Assembly (NCBI GenBank): GCA_000934665.2
Contig: KZ538136.1
Location: 1 to 64,000 of the forward strand
DNA from: Catajapyx aquilonaris
Lineage: Eukaryota
Length of the DNA: 64,000 bases
Reading direction: 5' to 3'
The position numbers and the translations under genes are program-made. The notes under the pieces were generated by a model. The model searched no databases. It worked only from the letters and a program-made list of their open reading frames with translations, and was not told the DNA's origin. Shown here piece by piece: positions 1 to 13,100 of this stretch; positions within the stretch are counted from its first letter, which is position 1; each line of letters begins with the position of its first letter.

Positions 1-1679
1 GTACCCTGCTGGTGTAGCCTTTTTCAGTGCAACCCGCAAGGCTAAAAACCCGTTCAACCAGATTCAAACCACTGCCCTCTTACCTTGACTCTTGCCAGCC
101 CGCCCGACTCGATTCAAAACAGATAGGACGTGACGTCACGCCGTAGACAGTAATAAATAAATTGATTACTGCCGTATTTCTAATTGTTTTATAAAACCGA
201 CCGGGGTTGTCGCCACCTACGATTTTTCCCCACCCCCTCGCACTCGCTTGACCCGTGACTCTGATACACCCTGTATATTAAAAACACTATATCCATGAAG
301 ATGGTGGCTCAAAAGGGGACTTTCTATGGCCCTGAATATGATCGGTTTTGCTCGTTTATTACCACAAAATGCCTTAAGTGATCAGAACGCAATAGTCGCA
401 TTAATAATCCTGTGATATGATCAGTGCCGGAGCGACACAAGAGTGATTATTAAGCATTAGAAAAACGTTGGCGAAGTTTCCGGATCCAACCTCTGCAATC
501 GAACCTGTGGTAAACAACTCGTGTTACAAAAAGGTTCTGCAAAATTCATGGAAATTAACGTTACATAAGCGAAAGTTACTTTATAATTAAGAGCAAGAAC
601 AGTCATCTGAAATGTGGTCTCCTATCGGTTAAATGGCGGCGATAGTCTATCATATCAATGCAGCTGGAGATTAAAATACAAGCAGTTCGGAAATGTTCCA
701 TTAAAAATGTACGCCTACGGAGGTTCTCAATAACAAGGTCGTTTTACAGTTTCAACCAGCCCCCCGCACACTCCCCCTATAATCAGTTCTTATCGCCTGA
801 CGCCAGTTTTGCAGGAGGTGCTCACTTGAGAGCGCCTTTCATATCTGTAATGATCTGTAAATACATGAGGCGACCCTACCGGACCGCGCTGAACTTAGGT
901 AGAAGGGAAGTGTCGCAAAAGACGATAAGGGGAAGTGACCAGACCTTAGTATTTTAAGGCCATGGTTTCAACTGAAGTGTCCGTAGTGGTTATCTATTTT
1001 TGGTGCTTGCAGTAACTTTTCAGCTGTTACACTTAGAAAGTCAGAAATATTAGCTGTTAATATTAGATTGAATTAACGCATCACAGGTCAGAAATTGCAA
1101 AGAATTTTCCAACATTTGAACTCATTAGTATCCTAGGACGTGCATTAGTCTAGTTCAAAATGATGCGTCCGTTTAGCCTAATACAAGTATTTTTGATGAA
1201 TTCAAAATATTATTTCAAAGTAACGGCTGAAAATAAGAGGATTTGAGCCAAAAAGCGACAATAATTACTGCGGAGACTTCAATAAGTACGCACTCGAAAT
1301 CATACCCTCCTACCATAATACGACATTATCCTTCTTCCACTTATTTACATTTAACAACTTGTCCAAATATATTTCAACAAAGTATCATCATCACAAGAGT
1401 ACACCCGCACATCTAATCGCCACAGCAGTTGAAAATACATCCCCGTTAAATCCGGCGAAATCCGGGCCATAGTGCTCTTCTAACTCTATTCTAGTAACAG
1501 CAGCTCTCACCCTGCATATTGGAACATTACGCTGCTCAGCATCAGTGGATCCGGTTTATATCCTAACCTCCGTGATCCTAATTAATCAGGCCGACTTGGA
1601 GAGCCCCTTCTCTCTACCTGACTACGCTTCTCACCCCCTCAATTGGAGCACTTGATCCGCTATCGAGTCCGGTACTTAC
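1..1679 (-). other. Downstream intron of the beat exon, running off the window start
   Basis: Begins with a GTAAGT donor. The expected second half of the Ig domain (G.Y.CEV-type motif) was not seen in 1-1679. Confidence 0.7.
262..276. mobile_element. Possible right terminus of a Tc1/mariner-type MITE (…ACACCCTG|TA)
   Basis: tgatacaccctgtat is the reverse complement of a TA|CAGGGTGT-type terminus. The partner end is not in the window. A similar caccctgta occurs near 54999. Confidence 0.3.
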
Positions 1680-1885
1680 ATCCACTTGGATTCCCCGCAG
1701 CGGGAAGACTTTGATTGGAGGCGCTTCCTTGGGCACGTAGCGGTAAAACTCTTCTCGGCCCTTGTACCACTTGACCGTGTAGAGTATGTCCCCTTCTAAG
1801 TCGTAGAGGCAGACCAGCTTGATGTTTTCTCCCCGGAAGACGGCCTCCGGGATGATCACTTTCACGTTCCGTAACGTGTTCACTC
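1680..1885 (-). CDS. beat: Internal coding exon of a Beaten path (Beat)-family Ig-superfamily gene, first half of Ig domain 1; most reminiscent of the Beat-I group
   Basis: Translation (G)VNTLRNVKVIIPEAVFRGENIKLVCLYDLEGDILYTVKWYKGREEFYRYVPKEAPPIKVFPLRGIQVD carries the Beat signature L.C.YDL....LY.VKWY.G..EFYRY.P...P. Acceptor ...ttttcttggttccag|GA (phase 1) at 1886/1885; donor GAT|gtaagt (phase 0) at 1680/1679; 206 nt = 2 + 68 codons. Family recognised from memory, no search run; the paralog assignment is uncertain. Confidence 0.9.
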
Positions 1886-1920
1886 CTGGAACCAAGAAAA
1901 AGGGGGTTTAATTGTATTAG
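1886..1920 (-). other. 3' splice site of the beat exon (branch point, pyrimidine tract, AG)
   Basis: Minus strand reads CTAATacaattaaaccccctttttcttggttccAG: CTAAT branch-like motif 31-35 nt upstream, pyrimidine tract, no intervening AG. Confidence 0.85.
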
Positions 1921-4074
1921 ATTGCTACAGTTTTTTTGAGGGGGAGGGGGGGAGGTTCGCTTTTTAGTGTAAAGATCTCCAGATGGCGTGAAAGCTTTGT
2001 TCCAATCTGCGGTTGAGGTCGTTTCTTTTATTTATGGAGCAAACTGGACATTAATGTTTAATGATGGCATTTTCTGCAATGGTGTTTTGTTGAGAAGGAT
2101 GGATGATTTAATTAGAGTGAAACTTGTTGTCTGGAACGGACCTAGGAGAGAGCGGAACATTTTTTTTGTCCCACTACTGCATTTGTCAAAAATCTTGCTC
2201 AGTATGGTATTAGCCAATATCATTGTGATAACTCTCATACAGTCACACTAAATGTAACCGATGCAGTAATTCTGCCCGTGCACAAAAATGCCCAAGGATG
2301 CAATGGGAGTGCCAAATAATGTTATGCGAGAGCAGGAAAAAAAACCTTTAATGTGATGAGGCAAAAATTATTGGATGGGTGCTAATCATCATACATTCCC
2401 CTTATTGTATTTCAGTATTGAGCCCTTCAATGGATGGCACAAAAAAACGATGATTTACTTAATGTTTGCAGCAGTAGAGTTTTTCATTCGTGCATTCATT
2501 ACAGAGTATTCCAACTCCACAAAATGATGCTTCGCCTTCTTTGTCCCTTCAAGATTTATTTTCGAGGCTCAACCCACTCAAAGTACAAAGCACGAGACCG
2601 AGACAAAAGAATAAAGGCAAAGAATACCAACTACACGGGGCATAGCCTCTGAATACGTGGCGGCTCGAATTAGTGATACGTATTGATTGCGTTTGTGAGG
2701 TCCCAAACAGATTTTTTTAAAACACAAACGTTGATATTTCACTATATAATGGTCGATACAGTGAACGCTTCCAAACACAAGTAATCAATATAAATGTATG
2801 CACTTTTAGCATGGTGAACAGCTACTATTCACGCAAAATCGTTTCTGCAGCTGGCACTATGAAATGTTACAGGGAGAAATTTTGAGAGTTGCAGGTGCAA
2901 ACATTTCTGAATGATGGCATAAATCTTAAAATATGTCACAGCAGACTGGCAGGATTCACCGAATAGCCCTAACTAGCAGCAGCTGCTAGTTCCATTTCAG
3001 GCAGCACATTATTGGCAGAATGTTTTCATCCCAAATCGAAAAAAACCCTCAATGACCAATAATCCTAGTGCATTTGGTGACTCCCTCTGCAGACCCCTCC
3101 ATTCCCAGATTTGTTCATTCTAGTATTGAGTAGCAATCTACTGTCCCCCTGCTCACTTTCCCTTATCTTCTATACACAAAAGCACTTGAGCAGGCTACAC
3201 CCACAATTCCTATAGTCCCAGCCCCCGCACAAGCACTCTAACGACCCCTTCCCAACATTCTCCCACCCCCCCAAAAAAGTCTCTCACAAAGAACCACACA
3301 TTCTAACGGGTCTATCCCATTATCGTAAGCTACGGTGGATGTTAATGGTCACCGCCTGACTTTCCGCCCTACTGCTTTTAACGCTCCTTCCCAACCCAGG
3401 TCGATACCCCATCTCACAGAGTTCAAGAAAACACCCAACCTCCGGTTATTTTCTCCCACCCACCCACCCTAGAACTACCCACCATCTCAAAGAAAAAAAA
3501 TATCACTTGTTGAATGATGTCGCAACAATGTCCTGGCCAAACCGCCGCCCCCTCAGACCAAGCATGGACTGAACGAGTCCTGGGGGATGAGATTTATGCA
3601 GCAATTGGGAGAGGAGCCTCAGACATCTATGATGTAAGAGCAGACTGAGAAGCTGTGCACGTCGCTGGGAAATTGCCTGCGTGTTCCATTAGCTGCGGTT
3701 CCTCCTTCTCTTCCTGCAACACCATCCGGGATCTCCGCCATTTATATGCCGGATAAATAATTACTCCGGCAAACTTGCTCCAGGAAAAATATATTCAACG
3801 GTTACACCGGCTCGGCATTTAAGGAAGAAAAATATTTAAAATGTGTAAGCAATTTTCCTCCGAAGTTATTTCAAAGTATTGATTCAGTTCCGCATAAGGT
3901 TTCCCAAGAGCGGATCTCCAAGGCACAGTAGTATCAGGGATAAAGGAAAGACAGTTGACCTACATTTTCTTGATAGAGACCACATTCGCCTTCCCTCTAG
4001 GCATCACCATTACTAACGATAATGAAAACCACTTTAATTTTATGGAACAGACGTATTGGGATAACGTCAGAACG

Positions 4075-4075
<1 letters not shown>

Positions 4076-4128
<53 letters not shown>
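4076..4128. repeat. (TTA)n microsatellite, ~17 units
   Basis: Seen directly; explains the poly-Leu ORF 3955..4167. Confidence 0.97.
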
Positions 4129-4131
<3 letters not shown>

Positions 4132-7100
4132 TGTATAGTAACTCATAAGCGGTATAATAAGCTATGAGCCGTTTTGTATTTCCTATATTTATATGCAGTA
4201 GGTCTAATGCATTATGGACGGACTCATGGTAATACTAATTATAATACGGCACGTTGTTAATTTGCATGTTATACTTATTCATTTTAAAGCCACGAACTGT
4301 ATCCAAAATATTTGTGCATAACAAATATGCCTAAATTTCATCCATCTTGCGGTCGTTTAAAAGTCGGAACTACTTAAAAATACTGTTCCATGCTGTTTGT
4401 TCAATAATTAATGCAGGTTAGTTTACTTGGTTTAAATTATTTAATTTATTCCCTCGCCTACAAAAATATGTAATTAGGCTAGTTGGTAAACTAGATAAAG
4501 TACATTCAGTAATTATTACAGCAGGATTTTATAAAGCGAAAATAAAATCAATCAGTGAGATTTCAAGTATCAAAAGTGATATAGGCTACTTCGTTTTCAT
4601 AGGCTAATACTAGTTGCCATGTTTGCCTTCCTAAGTGAACCCCCGTCCCCTTTTCAACGTCACGTCACGTTCTATCCAGTCCACCAAGTGATAGAGAACG
4701 GCATCGCATAATCTGACAACCGTTCGGAGGGAAAAAAAAGGGGAGCAGATTTTTTTTTCCCACGAGAGCTACACACTTTCAAGTGATATTGTACCAATGC
4801 AAATGTTTGTTAGCTAATTCAAGTGGGAGATTCAGCAGTGAAAATCTACTAGTACAAAGCAGTGGCAATACAGACTAGAGCAACAGGGGCTATCGAGGAA
4901 ATTGCAACTTTCGGAACACCTAAAAAAACTTGCCGTTATATAACAGTTACTTTGGCACTGCTTGCATTCTAACTTCCATGGCTTATTCACATCTTTCCAC
5001 TTGAAAGTGTACCTCTCGAGGGGCCGTTGTTGTATTCAATCTACTGCCATTCAGCCTCTTGAAACGAGTTTATTGCTGCCAGAACAAGGTTATGTCAGGC
5101 GTTATATGCACAATAAGGGAGACGCAAAATGCATGAAGCCATGTGACTTTCTACTTCATACCTGCTCGTAATTATTTTCTAAAATATTCAAGGTACTGGC
5201 GCTCTTACACTTTACACTAGGTACGCTCATAATGTACGAAACATTCCTAGTAAATAACAGCATTGCGCAAGTTCTTATTATCATAGTGTTTGTTTTCAGA
5301 AACGATTTCTACGAGCAACAATTGATGGAATGAAATTGCCCATGGAAATTGCCAATGGAAGGTGTTTTCATATTATCGAGTCGCATAGGTCTGGCGCAAC
5401 TTCAGGCTGCTGCCCTCGACGAGAGAATATCCTATTCCCAATTTTTCCGATATCAATGTCGATCGCTATATTTGCTACATGTTTACCCTTTTTCAGCGGG
5501 GATGTTCATATTTGGTCAGTAACTGAACGATAAATTTTTAAACAAGGAGATGAAGTAAGGGATATAGTACGGTACTCCATCATAGTGTTTGTATAGATTC
5601 CTGGCGTTTTAAGAAGTTACTGCCTTCTTGATTCTTGTACAGTACAGTGCAGGACACAAAGTTTGCATGGCTGGAAGTCTCTAGAGCGAGGACAAATTTT
5701 CTTAACTTGAGGACGGTCGGGGACAAGGAGGAGGATATACTGCGTCACTACCGAGAAACTCTTGTAAGATTAGACAGAGTTTCAGGAATAGCATTGTAGG
5801 AGGAACACCTTGTGATACCAAGAGTTTTGTGTTGAACTGGGAGATCTTTGTCCTTTTTTCACTAGTGCAACAGAGTGTATTAAAAATTATAGCGGTATCT
5901 TGTCATACACTAATTGCAAGGATCAGTATCATATTACGTTGCTTCTCTTTATTTTTAGATGGACGAGAGGCGGATGGGGGTCATCATATGGTATAATGTA
6001 CGGCACCACACACCAAATCGGCGCAGATCTCTAAATTTTCGTGACCATAACCGGAAAAATTATTAGAGTTCTTAATACCACTAACATTGCTGCAGTATTT
6101 TAATATAAGCCTGAGTCCATAAAGGAAACATGAGTGTGAAAATTTATTGGCCAAACATGGAAATCTGTGCTCGTGTTTTGCATACCACAGCCAAGTCTGC
6201 ATATATTTCCCCTGCTGGCAGCCAGTTTCATTTTGCTCTTCTTCCGAATGAATTGTCTCTCACTGCGCAAAAAAAGGTGCAGTTTGTCAAATGAGCCCCC
6301 CACCCATCCCATACCCCCCCCCCCCCCGCAACCCTTTCCCTCGCATGGATCATACTGTACTGTGGTTTCCCAGATCCATGCTGCCAATAACAACCAATGA
6401 AGTAGAGGCTTGTGGAACGTGTGATTGTGGGAGAACAGATAGCAGAATTGATTGGGCTCGATTTGCATCTCACTCGCACGCGAAATATTATTTGCTCCTC
6501 TCATTTTTTAAATTATTTTTTTTGCAATCGTCGAACGACATGATGAAAACAGGGCCCAAAAAGGCGAAACCCGCCTTTATTAATAATGATTGAAGTAAGC
6601 TGCATTCACCAGCTGACCTACCATCGGGATTCCCAATTAGGATCGTGCATACAGAAATGTAATGTTCCGCTGACTCGCTCGGCGTGAAATTATGGATGAG
6701 TCTGAGTGTAGCACCATCCTCGCCGCTTCGTGCACTTCTCGTAAGCCCCGTGCTAAATGCAGGTTCCTGCTCTAATTACAACCATTTTTACACCGGATTA
6801 GAAGCGGAGGAGAAGGATCGGTGTGTAGGGCTATGGAAATCTGTGCTTGTATTTGCCCAACAAATGTTGGCAGCAGGAATCGCCTCGGCATGTTGAAAAT
6901 GTGGCAAGCTGTTCATATCGGTTTCAGTCCGCTCACAACACTGCTTCGGGGGGAAACCCCGGATTATTATTTTTTCATTATCTACTCTACCTTTATGCAT
7001 GTTCCATATACAGGTTGTAAAACAAGGTATTCATTCCACTCGTACTTCTGGAGGATTTCTGCCCGGATTTTATGGTCTTTCCTTGTTAATATCAGTTGTG

Positions 7101-10100
7101 TATTATCTGGAAACTTTTGTCAATCGCGAGGGCTACTAAAAACCCTCACTACTTGTCATTCAGTGAATAGGCAAGAATGACATTGATGCACAATTTAGCA
7201 TGGTGTAACATGGTGTCACATTTTCTTCGTCAAAATCTAGCTTCATTGTTGTATTCCTATAAACTACATCTACGTCACAACTGTAGGCTTATTCAATCCG
7301 TCCAGTTTCTCGCAGGCTCCAGTACCAAAATGCTCGAAAAATGTCCGTATATTTTGGGTCACCTTGAAGGTTGGAAATAACTAACTTTATGCTGGTCGTA
7401 TAAGTGGTAGAATTCCTGTCAAGGTGCACTAGACCCCGTGACTTTCCGCTGTCTGAGATTTAACTCCCAGCACGCTTCTATCGCGATATAATAAACCAGT
7501 TCCTATTTCCCCGAGGAATGCAACGCTCAAGCTCTGGCTATTTCCACCAACCGGGAGAGACTTATCGCTGGCAAGTGTGTTCTTGGCCCTATCTCCCAGG
7601 CCACAAATGGCGACTGCTGCGTCCCCCCCCCCCCCTTCTCCTATTTTTTTCTGAAACGGAACTACTCTTTTATCAAGAGCGAGCTACTTCCCAAGGCCAA
7701 CTGAGCTACCAATCAGACAGAGGACTCTTTGCCCCCTACCCCACGCCATAAAACATGTCGGCCTGTGGACTCTCGCTAGGCCTAGATAGCGACCACAATA
7801 ATTTACACGACACGTGTACTAAACTGAGAAATTTGTGCACAGTTGCGTGTACCGGGAAACTCATTGTTTGCCCCAGTAAAAAATTAGTCGCCAACGATGC
7901 TGCCGTGCACAAGATTGGGCTCCGCTCCTATGCACTAGCAGCTATGCCCACTATTCATATTTTGTCGTAAATCAATGGACAGACTGCGTGTGTCCTCAAC
8001 CGCCTGGAGGGTTGCAGGCAGTGTCAGGATATCAATGATTTATGCAGACTGCCCCGTCGGTGTGATTTTCAGGTAGATTGAATGGAACTCGTAAAGGCCA
8101 CGGGAGAATGTAACGTCCGTCGCATGCATGTGTTAATGCACTGTCTGGACTTCCCCCCCCCCTCTGCTTTCCAACTACGTACAGATCCATGCAAACATTG
8201 GGGAATACGTAAATTGGTTGATCTCTCGACTCATAAATTACGTACACGGTCCAGATCATTTCGCCACCATTTGGCACTGGTCATTATTACGGGGAACGTT
8301 AAAAAGAGTTGCAAAAGGTAAACAGAAACGCATGAAGCAAATGGCTTGCATCTGCATCCGGCAATTTGAGTATCAGATTAGTGTAATATACATAGGGCCT
8401 ATGCGAGGGGGGGGGGGGGTTATCCGGCCGAAACTGTGGCCAAAGTTCATCACTAAATGAGGCAATTTCATCACTGCCGTTTTACAAATGGAATTCCCAA
8501 AATTCCGGCAGGAATTCATAAAAAAGGACATTGCTGGCCATTAATTTGCGTCGCCTTAATGCTAGGAAAAATGTGTGCACGTCAGTGCGATATTCCGGCC
8601 CCCACCAACTGCAACTGTGTAAAGGCGTGATAAATTATTATGGTTATCCATAAAAGGACACCAGGTGCACGCAGGGCATAATAATTATATAGATTATGCC
8701 TGTCCAGTTTGGGTTCACACACAGTTTCAATGGAAATGCAATCACAACATTAATCACACATCAAATATGTTATTTAGGCCACGCACCAAATATGAGCATG
8801 AATTACTTTCTTTTTTCCTCTCCTGCATTGGAATAATAAATTAATCATTAGTGAAAACGTACAAAGACGCGGATTTTGCCTGTGGCAATGTCAATAGGAG
8901 GTATTTGCAGTACATTAACGCCCCCACCAGCAAACAGGGTGTGGGGGGTAATATGCAATATAAATTGAGAGATTGTTAGGTTGCTTTTGGCTCCTCCCTA
9001 CCTCCGGTTTTAGGGCTTTAAACACTGGATGGAGCAAAGAGGTCAGCTGATCCGGATCGATCTGCCATCTCGCAACCGACAGCTACATGCCATAGCCTCC
9101 TGGCTGGGGCCAAAAAATAGTGCAAAATCTTTTTTCTGCCAAACATGCGCAATCGTACCTCCCTGCCAACACTGGTCCCAATCGATTCATATGTTGATAA
9201 AAAGAATAGTACAGTATTAATCACATGCCAAGGTCGATAGCAGGGGAGAACACAAGCTCAATTAATCGAACCTAATCACTTCCTGATGCGATTTGAGTTT
9301 TACCGCCACGTTCATTGCCTCCGTAAATAAACCGTAAATGTTGCCACACCCAGTTATAAATTGTCCCTTTCCCTGACAAGTAGAACTTTTATCGCCATTA
9401 GCCAAGGAGCATATCAGGCATGGTCGAAAAAAAAATCGTACCAGAATAAGAATTTGTCACTCCCTTTTTGGTAGTTGCAAGCTGCTTTCTATTGCTTGCC
9501 ACACGCTGTGGTATAAATTAATCATTTTCGCGCTGTCTGGCATTCAGTGCGTAAACAATAGAGTGCTCTCGACTGGATGCAATCAGAACACGCTTCCATG
9601 CTTTGCAGAGTTTCACACTACATATTTCCTCGGATTTACATGCACCAAACACTTCGCCAACAAAATCGGCCGACTCGTCCAAGGCTAAAAAAGCAATTCC
9701 GCCAGCACTCAAAACGTCAGCACGACTGATCACCTGTAATTTAGACGTATTCATACTACCGGACCCCATACTGCCTCCCCTGACGGATGCCACATTTTGT
9801 CAAGAGTGACACAAGAGCAGGTCAACAATTTGGGATTGGGTGACAAAAATGTAATCACCTGGTTCACGAAATGGTATGTGTGGCATAAATAAAAAAGGTG
9901 CTTTTTTTTGGAGGGGTATGTGTATGTGCAAGAGCAGGCGGTCACTTTTACGAGGTGGGACGTTCATCTTGGATGAGAGCGCACAATGCATCACCACCGG
10001 GCGTCAGGAGATAGTTGTGTCATTCCACCTATCACGGGACGGTAAATTCAAATTATTAGGACATCACTTTTACACACCGCTATTATCTCAATCCCTGGGA

Positions 10101-13100
10101 GCTTTCGGAATGGCCGTAATAAATAACATCTGCACTTGAAATTAAAGCCCGCAGGAGGCTCATGCGGTAGGGAGAGAGCCGGCCATTTATCCCCAAGCCT
10201 ATCCTGAAAAGAACACGCGTGTTGTCACCTACCTCACGTGACGTCGCAAAAAAAAGACTTTGCGTGAGTTTTCTCCAGTGAGGGAACTTTTTGGGAGTGA
10301 ATGTGTATTTGCACAATGGTGAATGCGAAAGGACGGACATAGGGGCTGAGAGAGAAAAGAAGGTGCGGGGAAAGGAGGTGGGGATGGTAGGTAGTAGTAG
10401 TAGAGGGAGAGGGAGGGAAAAGAAAAAGTTCCAAGGACTAATCGTGATAATGGAAACGGAGCGGTAGAAACGCTTCCAGCGTCTATTCCGCTTTGAAACA
10501 TTTCCGCATTGGAGTCGAGGGGATTTTCGGAAGGGCTCCGAAGCCGCGGTTCAGGTGAAGGTATTTTGCCAGGAGAGTTTGCACAAAAGGACTTTTCCTG
10601 AGCTTCCACGCAAGGGGGGAGAAAAAAAAGAGGAAGTTACACAAAAAAAATACCGGAAAAGAAGACCTCGCACTCCTAGGATCTGTGCAGAAGCTCCACA
10701 ACAAGGACTAACATGCGACCGCTCATGATGAACGACTATTGGAGTGCGCACTTTAGCTGGACAATTTTGGGGCCCGCAAGATCAATTTGGAGATATTATT
10801 TTGCAAGAGATAGATCGGTGTCCGGCACACTGACGACTCATCATGCTAATTATTAATTTTCAGAACGGGGTGCGTGCCGTAGCTCATACAGCGATTCCCA
10901 CGCTCATATATCACAAGTAATGAAGGGTAAGACCATTTAAATCCAATTTAGTCTTTTCCGCGAGGAAAACATTTCTCGCTTGCCTTACACGAAGAGCTAG
11001 ATTAGTGAGCGGGGGGGCCATACAATTGTCGCTTTGTGCATTTATTTTCCGCAGCTGATGAGAGGGCATATTGTATGGAACGTATTATAATACACTTAGG
11101 ACTAGAGCTTCATTGTACGTGAATGAAGCTACTTTTTTTCGCTTGATTAGAGCCCGCTGAGTTTTGTTTTGTGTAATAGTAGTTCTGACAGAACTATTTT
11201 CAGATATTATAGAGGTAATGCCTCGATACTGTACGTCCAAAACTTCTGGAAAATAATATGCAACACACAACAGTGACGTACAGAAAAAAAGTGGTCATAA
11301 ATTAACAGCAGAAATATCCCAACTTTGTTGCGTTAATTTTATGTCATTAAAATGAGTCAATTATGTTACAAAGTGCTACATGTGTACACTGCAAACGCTA
11401 GCCTAATTGACCATAAAAATGATGCTCAAAATTTCATGCTCCCATTTGCTGCACCATTCAAAATGCATGGAACGAAATGATTAAATATATTTTTAATTCT
11501 ACTACACGTGACGTACATATGCAGCGAGTGAATAACTGAGCATTTTCAAATGGCCAGAAGTCGGACACTTCATTTATCGCTCATATAGGCCGGTTGGCTC
11601 GAGTAAATATTTCAGACCCGGATTCCATCTACCCTACTGTACAACACACTTGAAGTCTTCATGCGAGATTGAGAAAAGTAACGCAGTAAGTTTCTGGAGG
11701 CACTCTAGGCACCGCAGTTTCATTACCTTGGCTCCCCAACAACCGTCCACGCCACACTATATACGTAACAATTTTCTCCGAACTGCTTTCGGCTTAGTTT
11801 ATGGAACAAGATGCGTGGCAGCCGCCGATATCCTCATACCCTTTTACATTTTCTTCCCATTTAGGGCTGTAAAGCCTACCCAGTGAGTGCCTGTTTACAA
11901 ATTGATGTACAGCTCGCAGCAGACCAATAAGACCTCTTGGCTTTTCCCTGCCAGCTCGAAATTTCTGAAGGCTCCCCAGACATCTTTCCAATCTTGCGCC
12001 AGGGATCGTGATTACCCCACCTCTCCCGATTACGCTTCCACCCCCCCCCCCTTCTCCCCTGCAACCAAACCACCACTTCGTGACTTCCCTTCTTCGCCCA
12101 CATCCTTCCCAACTCTCACCATGCTTTATGAAACTTATCTCTACTTCCCTATAAAGGTAATTAAATGCCTTCTGGACGCCTCATTTTCATGTAAAAAGTA
12201 GAAAAAAAGAAGGGTCATCCTTACGGAATTTCGTTTAAGGCATAATATGGAAATCTCTCAAATCTTCATGGGGGCTCCCGAATTGCCCTATTTCGATTGT
12301 ATGGGTGGCACTCAACTTCACCGTAATCGTCTATAGTCTCGACGGTTTGAAATAAGAATTTCTTTTTGCTTCCCCATAATGGCTTATGGCGGATTGCAAT
12401 TTATGGCTGGAAGTTCTTTCTTTTTCCCACGATCTCCCCCGCGTGTATTTTGCAATCACTTTATTCGGCATCCCATTACCTTGCGAGATTTACAGGTTTG
12501 ACGTATCCAGAAGCAATTCCGGAGAAATAATAAATGTTATTATCGATAGTACAAGGTCTATTAATGGTAACTCACATCTGTTCAGCCTCTTTCTTTCCTG
12601 AACTGCCGTAATTAACCGGCCACTTCCGAGATTTTCCGCAGTCGTTACATCCTCCTCCGACATTGTCAAATGGAAATGCAACTTGACACAAAAATAACAG
12701 CTCCGAGGTATCTTCTTACTGTAATTATCCCATTTTATGATCAGCCGTCTTTTGAGCGGCGGGCAATTTGGCACAGTTATAATGAGGACATATCCTCTTC
12801 TTCCTCGATTGATATCGCGCCCAATCTTTTATAATTGCTCTTAATTATTGCTGTTCAGTGGGCAACCCATGTTGACTTTTTAATGAAGGATAAGACTTGC
12901 ATGTACAATAAAAAAAACACCGGAACGCGAGGAATGTATTTGACTTGGCTATACTCTGGACACACGTTACACAATATAACAGGACACTTTATGACTATGG
13001 GATTCTCTCGTGTCAAGAAATGAAGCTGTTTTTCCGACGGAAGAAGCCCTGACGTGACTAGAAGAAATGCTGGTGAAATATTGCTAAACTTAATTATCCA

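Noticed and set aside
7392..7475. tRNA-like sequence (tggtcgtataagtggtagaattc...gagatttaactccc)
   Set aside because: The B box is too degenerate and the spacing too long; at best an ancient SINE remnant.
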